Source of the DNA: a virus | Lineage: Duplodnaviria > Caudoviricetes | DNA: 64,000 bases | IMG/VR virus record: IMGVR_UViG_3300049988_000118 | Span: 1-64,000 of that record | Reading direction: 5' to 3' (one strand) | In this document: piece by piece, positions 9,422 through 19,281 of the stretch | Position numbering within the stretch: the first letter of the stretch is position 1 | How the letters are laid out: each line of letters starts with the position of its first letter | Translations under genes and position numbers: made by a program | The notes under the pieces: generated by a model | Told to the model about the DNA's origin: nothing | Seen by the model: only the letters and a program-made list of their open reading frames with translations | The model's database searches: none

Positions 9422-11064
9422 GCCTCCGCGACTACCAGCGCGCCTCCCTCGATGCCCTCTACGGCCATTGGGGGGCAGGGGGGCGCAACGGCCTCATCGT
9501 GCTGCCCACGGGTGCTGGCAAGGCGCTCGTTATCGCAGCGCTCATCCGTGAACTCCTAGAGCTCTACCCCGATATGCGGGTGGCGTGCGTCACGCACAGC
9601 CGCGAGCTCATCGCCCAGAACTGCAAGGAGCTCCTGGGCTACTGGCCTGGGGCTCCAGCCGGCATCTACTCCGCCGGATTGGGACGTCGCGACACGCGCT
9701 CGCGGATCCTGTTCTGCGGGATCCAGAGCGTGTTCAACAAGGTGGCCCAGCTCGGCGGCTTCGACCTCGTGATCGTAGACGAAGCCCACCTCATCCCGCG
9801 GTCATCCGAGACGAGCTACGGACGGTTCTTCCGCGACCTCCAGGACAAGACCCCGGACATGCGGGTGGTGGGGCTCACGGCCACGCCGTATCGCCTCGAT
9901 AGCGGACGCCTGGACGAGGGCGAAGGCCGCATTTTCGACCGGATCGTCTACGAGGCCAACGTCGGCGACCTGATCCGAGAGGGCTATCTTTCCCCACTCG
10001 TCAGCAAGGCGACGGCGACCGCCCTCGACACCACGGGTGTCCCGAAGCGCGGAGGCGACTTCGTCGCCGGGGCTTTGGAAGCGGCCGTCGACATTGACGC
10101 GATCACGCAGTCGGCCGTCGACGAGATGGTGCATTTCGGCGAGCTCAGGCGCTCTTGGCTCGCGTTCTGCGCCGGCGTGAAGCACGCGGGCCACGTCCGC
10201 GACGCGATCCGGGCACGGGGGCTGACGTGCGAGGTCGTGTCGGGGGAGACCCCGAGCGGGGAGCGCGACCGCATCATCACGGCGTTCCGCGCCGGCCGGA
10301 TCCGTTGCCTGACCTCCGTGGGGGTGCTTTCGACCGGCTTCAACGTGCCGAGCGTGGATCTCGTTTCCCTGTTGCGCCCAACGGCGAGCACCGGCCTGTA
10401 CGTCCAGCAGGTCGGGCGCGCGCTCCGGCGGAGCCCGGGCAAAGAAGACGCCCTGATCCTCGACTATGCGGGCCTCGTGAAGACGCATGGCCCTATCGAC
10501 GCCATCACGGCCAAGGGCAAGCCCAAGGCGCTGAAGGCGAAGGACGGCGAGGACGAGCCGCGCGCCAAGGAATGCCCGGACTGCCAGAGCCTTGTCGCGC
10601 TCAATACTCGGACCTGCGTGACCTGCGGGCACGAATGGAGCTCCGAAGACACCGGCCCGAAGCACGAGGCCGTGGCTGACGCCGAGCATGCCATTCTCTC
10701 GGGCGGGGGTCCTGCTTGGCTCGACGTCTCCGGCGTCACCTTCGCCCGCCACCGCAAGATCGGCGGGACGGACAGCCTACGCGCCGAGTTCCACTGCGGG
10801 ATCGCGACCCATCGGGTGTGGTGCTGCCTGGAGCACGACGGTGGAGCTCGCAACAAGGCCCATGGCTGGTGGCGCCGCATGGGCGGCGGTGAGCCGCCCC
10901 TCACCGTCGAAGACGGCTTGGCCCGCGCCGACGTCGAGCTCGTCTGGCCTCACGCCATTCAGGTCCGCCAGACCGGCAAGTTCTTCGAGGTGGTCGGCTA
11001 TCGGTTCGCGGCCGGAGACGGTTGGTCGAGCCGAGCTGTCCTGAACGTGGAGGAGGCGGCGTGA
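9415..11064 (+). CDS. SF2 DEAD/DEAH-box helicase (RadD/YejH-like) with C-terminal Zn ribbon
   Basis: PTGAGKA, IVDEAH, GLTATP, QQVGRALR motifs; CPDC..CVTC. Confidence 0.93.
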   Translation: MLSLRDYQRASLDALYGHWGAGGRNGLIVLPTGAGKALVIAALIRELLELYPDMRVACVTHSRELIAQNCKELLGYWPGAPAGIYSAGLGRRDTRSRILFCGIQSVFNKVAQLGGFDLVIVDEAHLIPRSSETSYGRFFRDLQDKTPDMRVVGLTATPYRLDSGRLDEGEGRIFDRIVYEANVGDLIREGYLSPLVSKATATALDTTGVPKRGGDFVAGALEAAVDIDAITQSAVDEMVHFGELRRSWLAFCAGVKHAGHVRDAIRARGLTCEVVSGETPSGERDRIITAFRAGRIRCLTSVGVLSTGFNVPSVDLVSLLRPTASTGLYVQQVGRALRRSPGKEDALILDYAGLVKTHGPIDAITAKGKPKALKAKDGEDEPRAKECPDCQSLVALNTRTCVTCGHEWSSEDTGPKHEAVADAEHAILSGGGPAWLDVSGVTFARHRKIGGTDSLRAEFHCGIATHRVWCCLEHDGGARNKAHGWWRRMGGGEPPLTVEDGLARADVELVWPHAIQVRQTGKFFEVVGYRFAAGDGWSSRAVLNVEEAA

Positions 11065-11432
11065 AGCGCCTTCAACCCGAGAAGCCGGGCTCCCCAGCCT
11101 ATCGCCAGATCTGGCGCATCGTGGACGGCGCCGTAGCTTCGGCCTTTGCCGCTCACCCTGATTACGTAGCCTCGAATAAGCGCCTGCGGACCGTGCGCAA
11201 CAGCATCGTCAAGCGGGTCGTCGGGGCGGTCACGAGCCATGCCGAGCAATCGGCACGGGTGCGGTCCGGGTCCAGCCCGGCGCACGAAAGGCCGGCGGTG
11301 GCGCTAACCGCCGCCGTGGGAGGCATCCGCGAAATGTCTCCCGACGACTGCCGCTGCTTCACGGTGGTCGTAGCCGGGGAGGTGGTCCAGCCCTCCCCGG
11401 CGCCATCACTCGGCGAAGGGATATTGCCATGA
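11061..11432 (+). CDS. Hypothetical phage protein
   Basis: GTG start overlapping the helicase stop. Confidence 0.55.
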   Translation: MKRLQPEKPGSPAYRQIWRIVDGAVASAFAAHPDYVASNKRLRTVRNSIVKRVVGAVTSHAEQSARVRSGSSPAHERPAVALTAAVGGIREMSPDDCRCFTVVVAGEVVQPSPAPSLGEGILP

Positions 11433-11818
11433 GCAACGTGATTGACCTGTTTTCCGAACGCGAGAAGCGAAAAGCCGAACCGGCGCACGACGAGTTTCAG
11501 TTCACCGTTGATGTCTACGCCAACACCGAAGGCGACGTGTCCGGCAAGCTCTTCAATGTTGAAATCTTCGACGGCGTGTCGGACGCGGATCGTTTCCGCA
11601 TGATGGCCACTCGCCTCGAAGCGCTCGCGGTCATCTGCCACGACAAAGCAACCCATCTGGAGCCTGACGAAGACGGCTTCACACTGGCACGGATCAAGGT
11701 GTTTGAGAGCAGCCGCGTGCGGGCTTGGTACAGCGACAAGATCGAAGGCGCCGAAAGCATCCAGTGGATGGAGCGCCGATTAGATGACGCCAAGAGCATC
11801 ATTGCTCCCCCGGCATGA
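11429..11818 (+). CDS. Hypothetical phage protein
   Basis: Coupled 129-aa ORF. Confidence 0.6.
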   Translation: MSNVIDLFSEREKRKAEPAHDEFQFTVDVYANTEGDVSGKLFNVEIFDGVSDADRFRMMATRLEALAVICHDKATHLEPDEDGFTLARIKVFESSRVRAWYSDKIEGAESIQWMERRLDDAKSIIAPPA

Positions 11819-12219
11819 CCTTTCACCTCGACAACCCCGAGTCCTGCTTTCTCTGCCGACGCAGAGCGGACGGCCTCGGGGTCCTCAAAGGCAACCACGT
11901 CGGATGGCTGTGCCAGCAGTGCACCGATGGTGGCTACGGAATGAAAGCCATAGCGATGCGTGCCAGAGCATTCAACGAATATGAAACCCGAGCTCTCCAG
12001 GCGGCGGGGAACGCCGCAGGGGGCTACCTCGACCAGATCGGGCAGACCGACCTAGCGACGCTGGACCCGGCGAATTGGGATGTGTTCTGCCGCGTCCTCG
12101 TGGAGGAATTTGGCGAAGCCATCCGACGGGAGGTGGGGGTCGGTGTGATCCGTGTTCCGGAGGATCCAGGGGCAGCACCCCTTGAGCACGAAGAGGTTTT
12201 TGACGCCGAGGTGCTGTGA
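11815..12219 (+). CDS. Hypothetical Zn-finger protein upstream of primase
   Basis: CFLC...CQQC. Confidence 0.6.
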   Translation: MTFHLDNPESCFLCRRRADGLGVLKGNHVGWLCQQCTDGGYGMKAIAMRARAFNEYETRALQAAGNAAGGYLDQIGQTDLATLDPANWDVFCRVLVEEFGEAIRREVGVGVIRVPEDPGAAPLEHEEVFDAEVL

Positions 12220-14618
12220 TGGCGAACCTCGGCTTTCCCTTTGACCCCGATGCCGTCGCGCGCCCATGCGCGTTTTCCGACTTGCCCGACATTCCGGCGA
12301 TCCAACGTTTGAAGAGCCGCCCGCAATGGGTGAGCTGGAAGTACGTCCAGCGCGAAGCGCACACCAAGCCCACAAAGCCACTCTACCAGCCTGCCAGCGG
12401 CATGCCGGCGAGCCACAGCAATCCATCGCACTGGGCGAGCTACGATGCGGCCGTGGCGCGGTCCGTGCGCTCGCGCATGAACGGCGTCGGGTACGTTCTG
12501 AGCTCCGATGATGACCTCACGGGCTACGACCTCGACAACTGCCGGGATCCGGACACGGGCGATATCGAGGCCTGGGCGCAGGCGATCGTCGATCTGGCCG
12601 AAACCTATTGCGAGGTGTCGCCGTCCGAGACCGGGTTGCGGCTCATCGCCGAGGGCAAGGTCGAAGCTGCCATCAAGCGTGATCCCGCAAGCGTCGAGGT
12701 CTACGGGGTCAGCCGTTACCTCACCATCACGGGCTGGCATCTGCCGGGCACGCCGACGGAAATCCGGCCAGCGCCGAAGACCCTTGCCGCCCTGAAGGCC
12801 CGCGTGGCCGAGTTCGACGCGGCCCTCGCCGCGGAGCGCGCTACCGGGTCCGAAGCCGGCATGACCGTTCCGAGCTCGGGTGAAGCGCTCGCGACGCACG
12901 TCCCGCAGGCGTCGGATGGAGGTTCGCCGTTCTTCCGCAACGTGAATTCCGCCGCGCTGGCGAGCCTGCACACCTGGGTGCCGTCGATCTTCGGCGCGGC
13001 TGCCCGCTTTCAGCCTTCGACGGGGGCGTTCCGCGTCTCGTCCAAGGCACTCGGACGCAATCTTCAGGAAGACCTCTCCATCGCGCCGACCGGCATCCGG
13101 GATTGGGGCGTGGGCGACATGGGCGACGCGCGCGGTGGAGCTCGCACGCCTATCGACCTCGTCATCACGTTCGGGTTCGAGCGGGAAGCGAAGGACGCTG
13201 CATTCTGGCTGTGCAATCGCCTGAGCAAGGATCCGGCCTCGTTCGGCTACGTCGATCGTGAAGCCGTGGGGGCCGAAGCCGCTACCAGCATCCTCGCCCG
13301 CAAGGTCGTCGAGGCCGAGGATGGGACGTTGGCGGACGCTGAGACGGGCGAGGTCATCGAGGCCCCTAGCCCCGAGCTCGGCGAGCTCCCGTCTCACCTT
13401 GCGACCCCGCCCGGACTTCTCGGCGAGGTAGCGGACTGGATCTGCGACACGGCTAGGCGCCCGCAACGCTCGCTCGCCATCGGGGCTGCCCTGTCGATCA
13501 TCGGGACGCTCGCGGGCCGCCATATCGCCGGGCCGACAGGGTCGGGGACGCATCTCTATGTCGTGGGGCTGGCGCCGACAGGCGCCGGAAAAGACCACGC
13601 CATGCAGCAGATCCTGACCGCCATGACGGGCGCTGGTTGCGCCCACTTCATCGGGCCGGGCCAGTTCATTTCGATGCCGGCCGTCATCAACTTTCTCGTG
13701 CGCGCGCCGCTTAGCATCTGCGCCATGGACGAGTTCGGATCCTTCCTGAAGCGCATCAACTCCCGCAAGGCGTCGAGTTTCGAGGGCGCGATCTCCGGCA
13801 TCATGCGGACGGCCTGGGGATCGTCGTTCAAGCCGATGCCGACGCCTGAATGGGCCGGTAAGCCGTCGGAGGTCATCATGGCGCCGGCCATGTCGATCTA
13901 CGGCGTGTCGACGGCCGACGAGTTCTACGGGGCCATGGAAGGCGGCGATAGCACGAACGGCGTTCTGAACCGCCTTCTCGTCATCGAGACCCGCAAGCGG
14001 CCGCAGGACCGCCCGCCAAAGCGACAGGAACACACGCTGACGCCGGAGCTCGAAGATCGGCTAAAGGCGGTCGTGAACCGCGGGGGGGCGATGGCCTTCG
14101 CCCAACTTCAACAGTTCGACCGGCCCCCGGCCATTCATCGTGTGCCGTGGGGTGCGGGGGCTGAAGCCGCGTTCGCCGCTATGGTCGAGGAAATCCACAC
14201 GATCTGCGACGGCGACGTGATGGCCCAAGCCTTCTTCGCACGCGCCGCAGAGACGGCTGTTCGTATCGCGACCATCCTTGCCATCGGCATCAATCCGGAC
14301 CGGCCAGTGCTGACGCTGGAGGCGTTCGAGTGGGCGCGCGGGTTCTCGATGTGGTGCGCCAGAAACCTGCAACGCGGCGGCACGGAGCACATCGCGGACA
14401 GCGAAAACCAATCCGCGGCAAACGCCGTCAGGCGGGCCGTGCGCGAGGCTGGAGGACGCATGAAGCACCGGGATCTGTTGCGTCGGCTCAACCACCGGAT
14501 CAAGAACCGAGACCTCATCGACATCGTGAAGGCCCTCGTCGAGGCCGAGCAAATCACGGTCGAAAAGGTGGTGCCTGAGGGGGGCGGGCCACCGACAACG
14601 TGGTACAGCCTATGCTAA
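12219..14618 (+). CDS. Prophage primase-polymerase with C-terminal DUF3987-type ATPase/helicase
   Basis: N-terminal AEP motifs (DLDNC, EVSPSETGLR, YLTITG); Walker A GLAPTGAGKD; MDEFG. Confidence 0.85.
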   Translation: MANLGFPFDPDAVARPCAFSDLPDIPAIQRLKSRPQWVSWKYVQREAHTKPTKPLYQPASGMPASHSNPSHWASYDAAVARSVRSRMNGVGYVLSSDDDLTGYDLDNCRDPDTGDIEAWAQAIVDLAETYCEVSPSETGLRLIAEGKVEAAIKRDPASVEVYGVSRYLTITGWHLPGTPTEIRPAPKTLAALKARVAEFDAALAAERATGSEAGMTVPSSGEALATHVPQASDGGSPFFRNVNSAALASLHTWVPSIFGAAARFQPSTGAFRVSSKALGRNLQEDLSIAPTGIRDWGVGDMGDARGGARTPIDLVITFGFEREAKDAAFWLCNRLSKDPASFGYVDREAVGAEAATSILARKVVEAEDGTLADAETGEVIEAPSPELGELPSHLATPPGLLGEVADWICDTARRPQRSLAIGAALSIIGTLAGRHIAGPTGSGTHLYVVGLAPTGAGKDHAMQQILTAMTGAGCAHFIGPGQFISMPAVINFLVRAPLSICAMDEFGSFLKRINSRKASSFEGAISGIMRTAWGSSFKPMPTPEWAGKPSEVIMAPAMSIYGVSTADEFYGAMEGGDSTNGVLNRLLVIETRKRPQDRPPKRQEHTLTPELEDRLKAVVNRGGAMAFAQLQQFDRPPAIHRVPWGAGAEAAFAAMVEEIHTICDGDVMAQAFFARAAETAVRIATILAIGINPDRPVLTLEAFEWARGFSMWCARNLQRGGTEHIADSENQSAANAVRRAVREAGGRMKHRDLLRRLNHRIKNRDLIDIVKALVEAEQITVEKVVPEGGGPPTTWYSLC

Positions 14619-15133
14619 ACGAAAACGTCCCACGCCGTCGAAAACCCAAGCTTTTTGGTGATGGCAAAAATATTACAACTCAAAACCCCAACGTCTTTAC
14701 AGACGTCTGGAACTTTTCTGTTGGATCTTTTCCGGCTAGGTTGTGACGTCTCTCCTGTCACTACACATCTATTCGAGGGTGAGGCAAGACAATATGAAAT
14801 TAGAAACGGATCTTGCCCGATATTATCTATCTCTATGTCACTTAAATTCGGGGCATATCCCTTGCTGACAACCATTTGAACATGAGTCAAGTTTGCCTCC
14901 TCATCTAGAAGCAACTTATTTTTTACCTCTGAACTTTGTATCCAATCGTAAAGTTTGTCCTTATCACTATTTCCAGTACCTCCTTTGACTTCTTCGAAGG
15001 TTTCTATGGGCATCTTTATTTTGCCTGCGTCAGCATAATGGACAACCCAAGTCCAAAACTCTGGGACTCGCTCAATTGGATAATAAGTATTGTGAGCGGT
15101 AATAAGCGTATTGGCATCAAGAAGATACAACAC
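14615..15133 (-). CDS. DUF4411 family PIN-like protein
   Basis: YLLDANTLI N-terminus, DPFLIS, VVTGE, KVPDVC; low GC. Confidence 0.8.
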   Translation of the reverse strand: MLYLLDANTLITAHNTYYPIERVPEFWTWVVHYADAGKIKMPIETFEEVKGGTGNSDKDKLYDWIQSSEVKNKLLLDEEANLTHVQMVVSKGYAPNLSDIEIDNIGQDPFLISYCLASPSNRCVVTGETSQPSRKRSNRKVPDVCKDVGVLSCNIFAITKKLGFSTAWDVFV

Positions 15134-16321
15134 TTAGGCAGCACTCCTCGATATTAACGCATCAACGTTTCTTGCTTTAACTCCAAGTATCTTAGCGGCT
15201 CGCGTTGGTGTTATATTTCCCCCATCGAGGTTTCTTTTTACAAGAGCCAATAGTGGTGAGCCGAGCTTATGCCGTTTCACCACGTAATAATCTGGCCCAC
15301 TCTTTGACCTCGACTCTTTTGACTTAATTGCCGCTCTTTCTTGAAGGTATTCTTCACGAAAGTTTTTTGAGACAGATCTCCACGCTACGCCCGAGATAGT
15401 CTTGTTAAGATAGAGACGATAAGCTATGGCCGATCGACTAACATTCAAGCCATTAGCAATTTCATTAATCGCCAGAATAATCTCATCAATAGTGGTCAGA
15501 TTTCTGCTCGATATTTTACCAACTTCTTCTTCCGCAACAAGAACAAGACTTGCAACATTATTGCAAAATTGCTCCAGTTTGCCATCAGCAAAAGCGTTGC
15601 TGATGCCGGTAGCTCCCAGCATAAGGTGAGCGATCTCATGAAGAAGAGTAAATGACCAAGCCGATTTTGCATCCTGGTCGTTTATTACAATGAACGGCGC
15701 AATCGGGTCGGCAATTGCTATTCCACGAAACACCTCTGGATCTATCGAACTATGGTGCGATCCTAGATTTCCGATCAGTAGTACAAATATTCCAGCGGCC
15801 TCCGCCTGACTACGAACATATCTGAAAGCTTCTTCAACACCACGCCGCTTCCTGAATTCCTGTTTATCAAATCCAATAGTATCTATTAGAAAAGCAGATG
15901 CCGATTTAGGGCCAATGTCTATATCAATACAGCCGACAAAACTAAGCGGAGGAGTTTCTTCATCTTCCAGAATCGCACGAACGCCAGCCTGCCGTGCCCT
16001 CACGTCGCGCAAAAGCGCGTCAATGGCTGCAGCGCTCTCAGCCCTGCGATCGTCAGGCAAGCTTCGAAAGTCTTCGCCACGATCGGCTCGTGCCGGTGGC
16101 TCGGGGAGGTAGAATGTAAGGAGAGGGCGCCGGTAGGCTTTTGACATGGCCAGGAGCATTGGCCGTGTCGGCTCGTCGACGCCGGTCTCGAGCAGGCCGA
16201 GCCGGGTGACGGCACTCACGTATTTCGTATCACGCAGGCCGACTTTCGGCGCAGCCTGCTCCAGCGTGAGCCCTGAGGTCTCACGGGCCCATAGCAGGAT
16301 CGCTGGGTTCACTCGGGTCAT
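15134..16321 (-). CDS. XRE-HTH + ImmA/IrrE (COG2856) Zn metallopeptidase
   Basis: N-terminal HTH (WARETSGLTLEQAA); FTLLHEIAH and EQFCN motifs; low GC. Confidence 0.9.
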   Translation of the reverse strand: MTRVNPAILLWARETSGLTLEQAAPKVGLRDTKYVSAVTRLGLLETGVDEPTRPMLLAMSKAYRRPLLTFYLPEPPARADRGEDFRSLPDDRRAESAAAIDALLRDVRARQAGVRAILEDEETPPLSFVGCIDIDIGPKSASAFLIDTIGFDKQEFRKRRGVEEAFRYVRSQAEAAGIFVLLIGNLGSHHSSIDPEVFRGIAIADPIAPFIVINDQDAKSAWSFTLLHEIAHLMLGATGISNAFADGKLEQFCNNVASLVLVAEEEVGKISSRNLTTIDEIILAINEIANGLNVSRSAIAYRLYLNKTISGVAWRSVSKNFREEYLQERAAIKSKESRSKSGPDYYVVKRHKLGSPLLALVKRNLDGGNITPTRAAKILGVKARNVDALISRSAA

Positions 16322-16424
16322 GCTCTTTTCATGCCCTAAAACGATCGTTTGCGCGACACCGCGATGCGCCACAGTTTGTAGATGAGCATGGAACCATGAA
16401 CGCTCCGTTCTGGTGCCGCTTCGG

Positions 16425-16688
16425 CTGACAGGACCACTGTCAGGAATGGTCGTTTGTCAGGATGACAAACGACGGTCACTTGGCTCGTATGAGGCCAGCC
16501 ACCCCAAAAATCGTGAGCGTTTGTCCGTTTGTCAGGCGTTCGTCAGGTCGAACCTGACAGTGCTAAACCATTGATTTATATCTTATATATATTCGTTTGT
16601 CATTTGTCAGTTAGAGAGAGGTAGCATACACACCCTTGTATGTAAGGGGTGTAGGGGGTAGAGAATACGCGTGCGCGCCTGACAAACG
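16425..16688. other. Putative prophage replication origin (TTTGTCAG iterons, AT-rich tract)
   Basis: About 9 copies of (CG)TTTGTCAG/CTGACA in both orientations; AT-rich 16565-16593; downstream of primase. Confidence 0.65.
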
Positions 16689-16698
16689 GGGTTCGGCC

Positions 16699-17052
16699 AT
16701 GCTGACGGAAGCCTTCAAGCATATCGATCTCAAGGAGATCGCCGCCCGGGTCGAGCCGAGCGTGCAGAGGGTTTCGGCGCGCGGTCGGACTTACGTGAAG
16801 ACTGAGCCTGGAATGGCGGACTACGCGACGGTCGTGACGGGCTACGCCCTGGCCGAGATCTGGAAGGCCGACCCAGAGAAGGCGGTGCGGATGCCCGAGG
16901 TGGAGCCAACCCTGAAACAGTGGCTTGGGCCCGAGGCCGTGATACGCCTTGCGGCCGCGCTTAAGCGTCTGGCCCGAATCGGGCAGATCAAACTGGATTT
17001 TGACCGCGATGGCGTCACTGTACGCCCAGGTTCAGCATGGATTGAGACATGA
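16699..17052 (+). CDS. Hypothetical phage protein
   Basis: 117-aa ORF coupled to the next gene. Confidence 0.55.
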   Translation: MLTEAFKHIDLKEIAARVEPSVQRVSARGRTYVKTEPGMADYATVVTGYALAEIWKADPEKAVRMPEVEPTLKQWLGPEAVIRLAAALKRLARIGQIKLDFDRDGVTVRPGSAWIET

Positions 17053-17303
17053 CGCAGACATACAATCTACGGTTCACGGTTGTCGTTGACAGCATTGCAG
17101 TCATCGCCCGCGATGGCACTGCTATGGCTCGCGGTCTAGCCGACAAGGCCAAAGAGAACGGAATGGACATCGGAGAGCCGCGCTATGCCGGAGCATCTCC
17201 TAAAATCGGTTATGCAGAAGCATACTATGATTGCTTCAACATTGATCCCGATTCTGCCATGTGGCTTCGGATGATGACGAGCGCGTCGGATATTTTGAGG
17301 TAG
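17049..17303 (+). CDS. Hypothetical protein
   Basis: 84-aa ORF, ATGA overlap. Confidence 0.55.
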   Translation: MTQTYNLRFTVVVDSIAVIARDGTAMARGLADKAKENGMDIGEPRYAGASPKIGYAEAYYDCFNIDPDSAMWLRMMTSASDILR

Positions 17304-17409
17304 GTCAAAGATATCGGGGGTACGCCTTGCCTCCGCCGCCCACCTCGCTATTCTCGGATCCGCGCATACCCGACTGTTACCGCGGCGACCCCGAGAGAGG
17401 CCGCCGAGG

Positions 17410-17592
17410 ATGTTTGAAACCGAACAGCACGAGCGCAACGCTCGCGCCTACTGCCGGAGTATCGGTGCCGACCCCGACGAGTGGGTCGAGGGCGTCGACG
17501 AGCTTCGCTTCGGCACGCGCGAACGCATGTCCTGCCCCCGTTGGCGCTGGTACGTCGGCGCCTCCGCCCCGCGCCTCCAAGCGGAGGGCTGA
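17410..17592 (+). CDS. Small hypothetical phage protein
   Basis: 60-aa ORF with GAGG RBS. Confidence 0.5.
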   Translation: MFETEQHERNARAYCRSIGADPDEWVEGVDELRFGTRERMSCPRWRWYVGASAPRLQAEG

Positions 17593-17595
17593 CCC

Positions 17596-18399
17596 ATGGG
17601 TGCGAAGCTCAACGGCCTGCGCCGACTGCCCCTGAACGACAACCTGCCGAAGCTCCAGCGTGGCTTGGACGAGATCCCGATCCCGGCCGAGGATTTTCGT
17701 CGGCCCCCGATGATCGAGCGGGAGACGGGCTTCCGCTGGTACTGCCTCGTCACAGGCGCGATGGGCGAGTACCGCTGCGCCGAGGGTCTGTCCGATCTCG
17801 GCATCGCCAGTTACGTCCCGACGGAGACGAAGTGGGTGTTTCGCACTCGGGGCCGTGAGCGGCGGCGTGAGCAGGTTCAGTCCCCACTGTTTCGCGCCTA
17901 CGTGTTTGCCCGGCTGTCGCACGCCTTCGTTGAGGCAGAGGGCACGTTCGAGCGCCGCCTGGTGCTGGGCCCCGACTGGACGCCGATCTACGAGCGCGAC
18001 GCCTTCCTGAAGAATCCACTCGGCATCCTCGGGGTGATGAGCAACTACGGCACCCCATCGCCGATGCCGCTGCGCGATGCGCACGCAGCCCGCTCAGGCC
18101 TGTCGGACCTCGCAGACGACGAACGGGCAGGCTGGTTCGACGAACGGCGCGTGGCGGCCCTCGTTGCCGGAAAGAACGCCAAGCCGCGCCCGGTGGTGAT
18201 GAAAGGTGAGGAAGTGCGCCTTACGGCTGGCCCGCTCGCGAGCTTCCAGGGGGTTGCCGAGAACGACAACGACAAGACCGGGGTGCGCGTGTCGGTGGAG
18301 ATCTTTGGCCGCTCTACACCCGTCTTCGTGCCGATCGCGGATCTCGAGAACCTGACGCGGCCGAATGCGAAAGCTGATGTCGCCGTGCGAAGGGCTTGA
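17596..18399 (+). CDS. NusG/RfaH-family late antiterminator
   Basis: NGN domain (WYCLVT...SPLFRAYVFAR) and KOW (GEEVRLTAGPLASFQG...VSVEIFGRSTPV); located before the late genes. Confidence 0.88.
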   Translation: MGAKLNGLRRLPLNDNLPKLQRGLDEIPIPAEDFRRPPMIERETGFRWYCLVTGAMGEYRCAEGLSDLGIASYVPTETKWVFRTRGRERRREQVQSPLFRAYVFARLSHAFVEAEGTFERRLVLGPDWTPIYERDAFLKNPLGILGVMSNYGTPSPMPLRDAHAARSGLSDLADDERAGWFDERRVAALVAGKNAKPRPVVMKGEEVRLTAGPLASFQGVAENDNDKTGVRVSVEIFGRSTPVFVPIADLENLTRPNAKADVAVRRA

Positions 18400-18516
18400 G
18401 TTTCTAAACGTTGTCGCGAAAGCCGCTTTTGCCCTCGTGGCCTTATGCCATTTCCCTTGGCACCAGACCGACTAGGTTGGTGGTGGTATAGATGTGGCGA
18501 AGGAGGCCAGTGGATC

Positions 18517-18735
18517 ATGGACCTTGATGAAAAACTTGACGGCCGAGACGTCCGCGATGCGATAGAGGAGGCCATCGAGAACTGGGCATACGGCTACAAC
18601 GATAAATTTCTAGCGCGCATCAAGGGTGATGATGCGGATGTGACTGCGATCAGATTGCGCGGGGAGTTGTCCAATCGCATCGTCATCGCGATCAAAAGCG
18701 TTTTGAAAGATCAAAACAGCGCCAATTCGGATTGA
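18517..18735 (+). CDS. Small hypothetical protein (moron-like)
   Basis: 72-aa ORF, lower GC, AGGAGG upstream. Confidence 0.5.
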   Translation: MDLDEKLDGRDVRDAIEEAIENWAYGYNDKFLARIKGDDADVTAIRLRGELSNRIVIAIKSVLKDQNSANSD

Positions 18736-18759
18736 CACGCCATAGTCTGCCTCTACTAT
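18732..18759 (+). promoter_or_regulatory. Sigma70-type promoter, candidate late promoter
   Basis: TTGACA (18732-18737) - 16 bp - TACTAT (18754-18759), upstream of the packaging operon. Confidence 0.65.
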
Positions 18760-18926
18760 GCGCCTTGCGTCGGATAGAGGCGGCCTATCTTGAGGGCGCC
18801 ACCATGAGGGTGAAACCCCGCCCCGATGCGAGAACGGATGTGGCCCTACACAGGCGCCTGCCGCTTCTCACGACGGGAAAGTTGTCCCAAAACGGTAGCA
18901 GCTAGACCTGCACGGCCTTACGATAC

Positions 18927-19145
18927 TCAGTCTGCCATGACCGGCTCAGGTTCGGGCAGCTCCTCACGCTTCATCCACAGTATGCCGGCGGGCGAATGGA
19001 TGGCGTGCACGATCTGACCCTCAGCGATCTTGGCTTTGGCAGCCGCAAGAGCGTCGTCCGATGTCTTGAATTCGCCGCGATGCCAATCGCCTGTCGCCTC
19101 GTTCGAGCTGTCGCCCCAAAGAAGAACCCACATCGCTTCCTCCAT
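18927..19145 (-). CDS. Small hypothetical protein
   Basis: 72-aa antisense ORF in the late leader. Confidence 0.5.
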   Translation of the reverse strand: MEEAMWVLLWGDSSNEATGDWHRGEFKTSDDALAAAKAKIAEGQIVHAIHSPAGILWMKREELPEPEPVMAD

Positions 19146-19281
19146 TGCTGGAGTAGTAGCGGTTCACGGGCCCGTGAGGTTCCAACGAGCGGCACATGCC
19201 GCCCATGCCAGTCAGCTGTGCCGACGCTCATCCCCTATTCACCCCGCCGCACCCCGGTGGGCTTTGTCATCCGAGGCCATC

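Noticed and set aside
12024-14033. Long antisense ORFs (also 4875..6368, 20635..21954, 26889..28388, 50704..53259 and others)
   Set aside because: Shadow frames of well-supported high-GC genes; Arg/Gly/Pro-rich with no motifs.
18760-18926. Possible tRNA or other known ncRNA in the late leader
   Set aside because: No cloverleaf, T-loop consensus or CCA end was recognisable by eye; kept only as a candidate leader.
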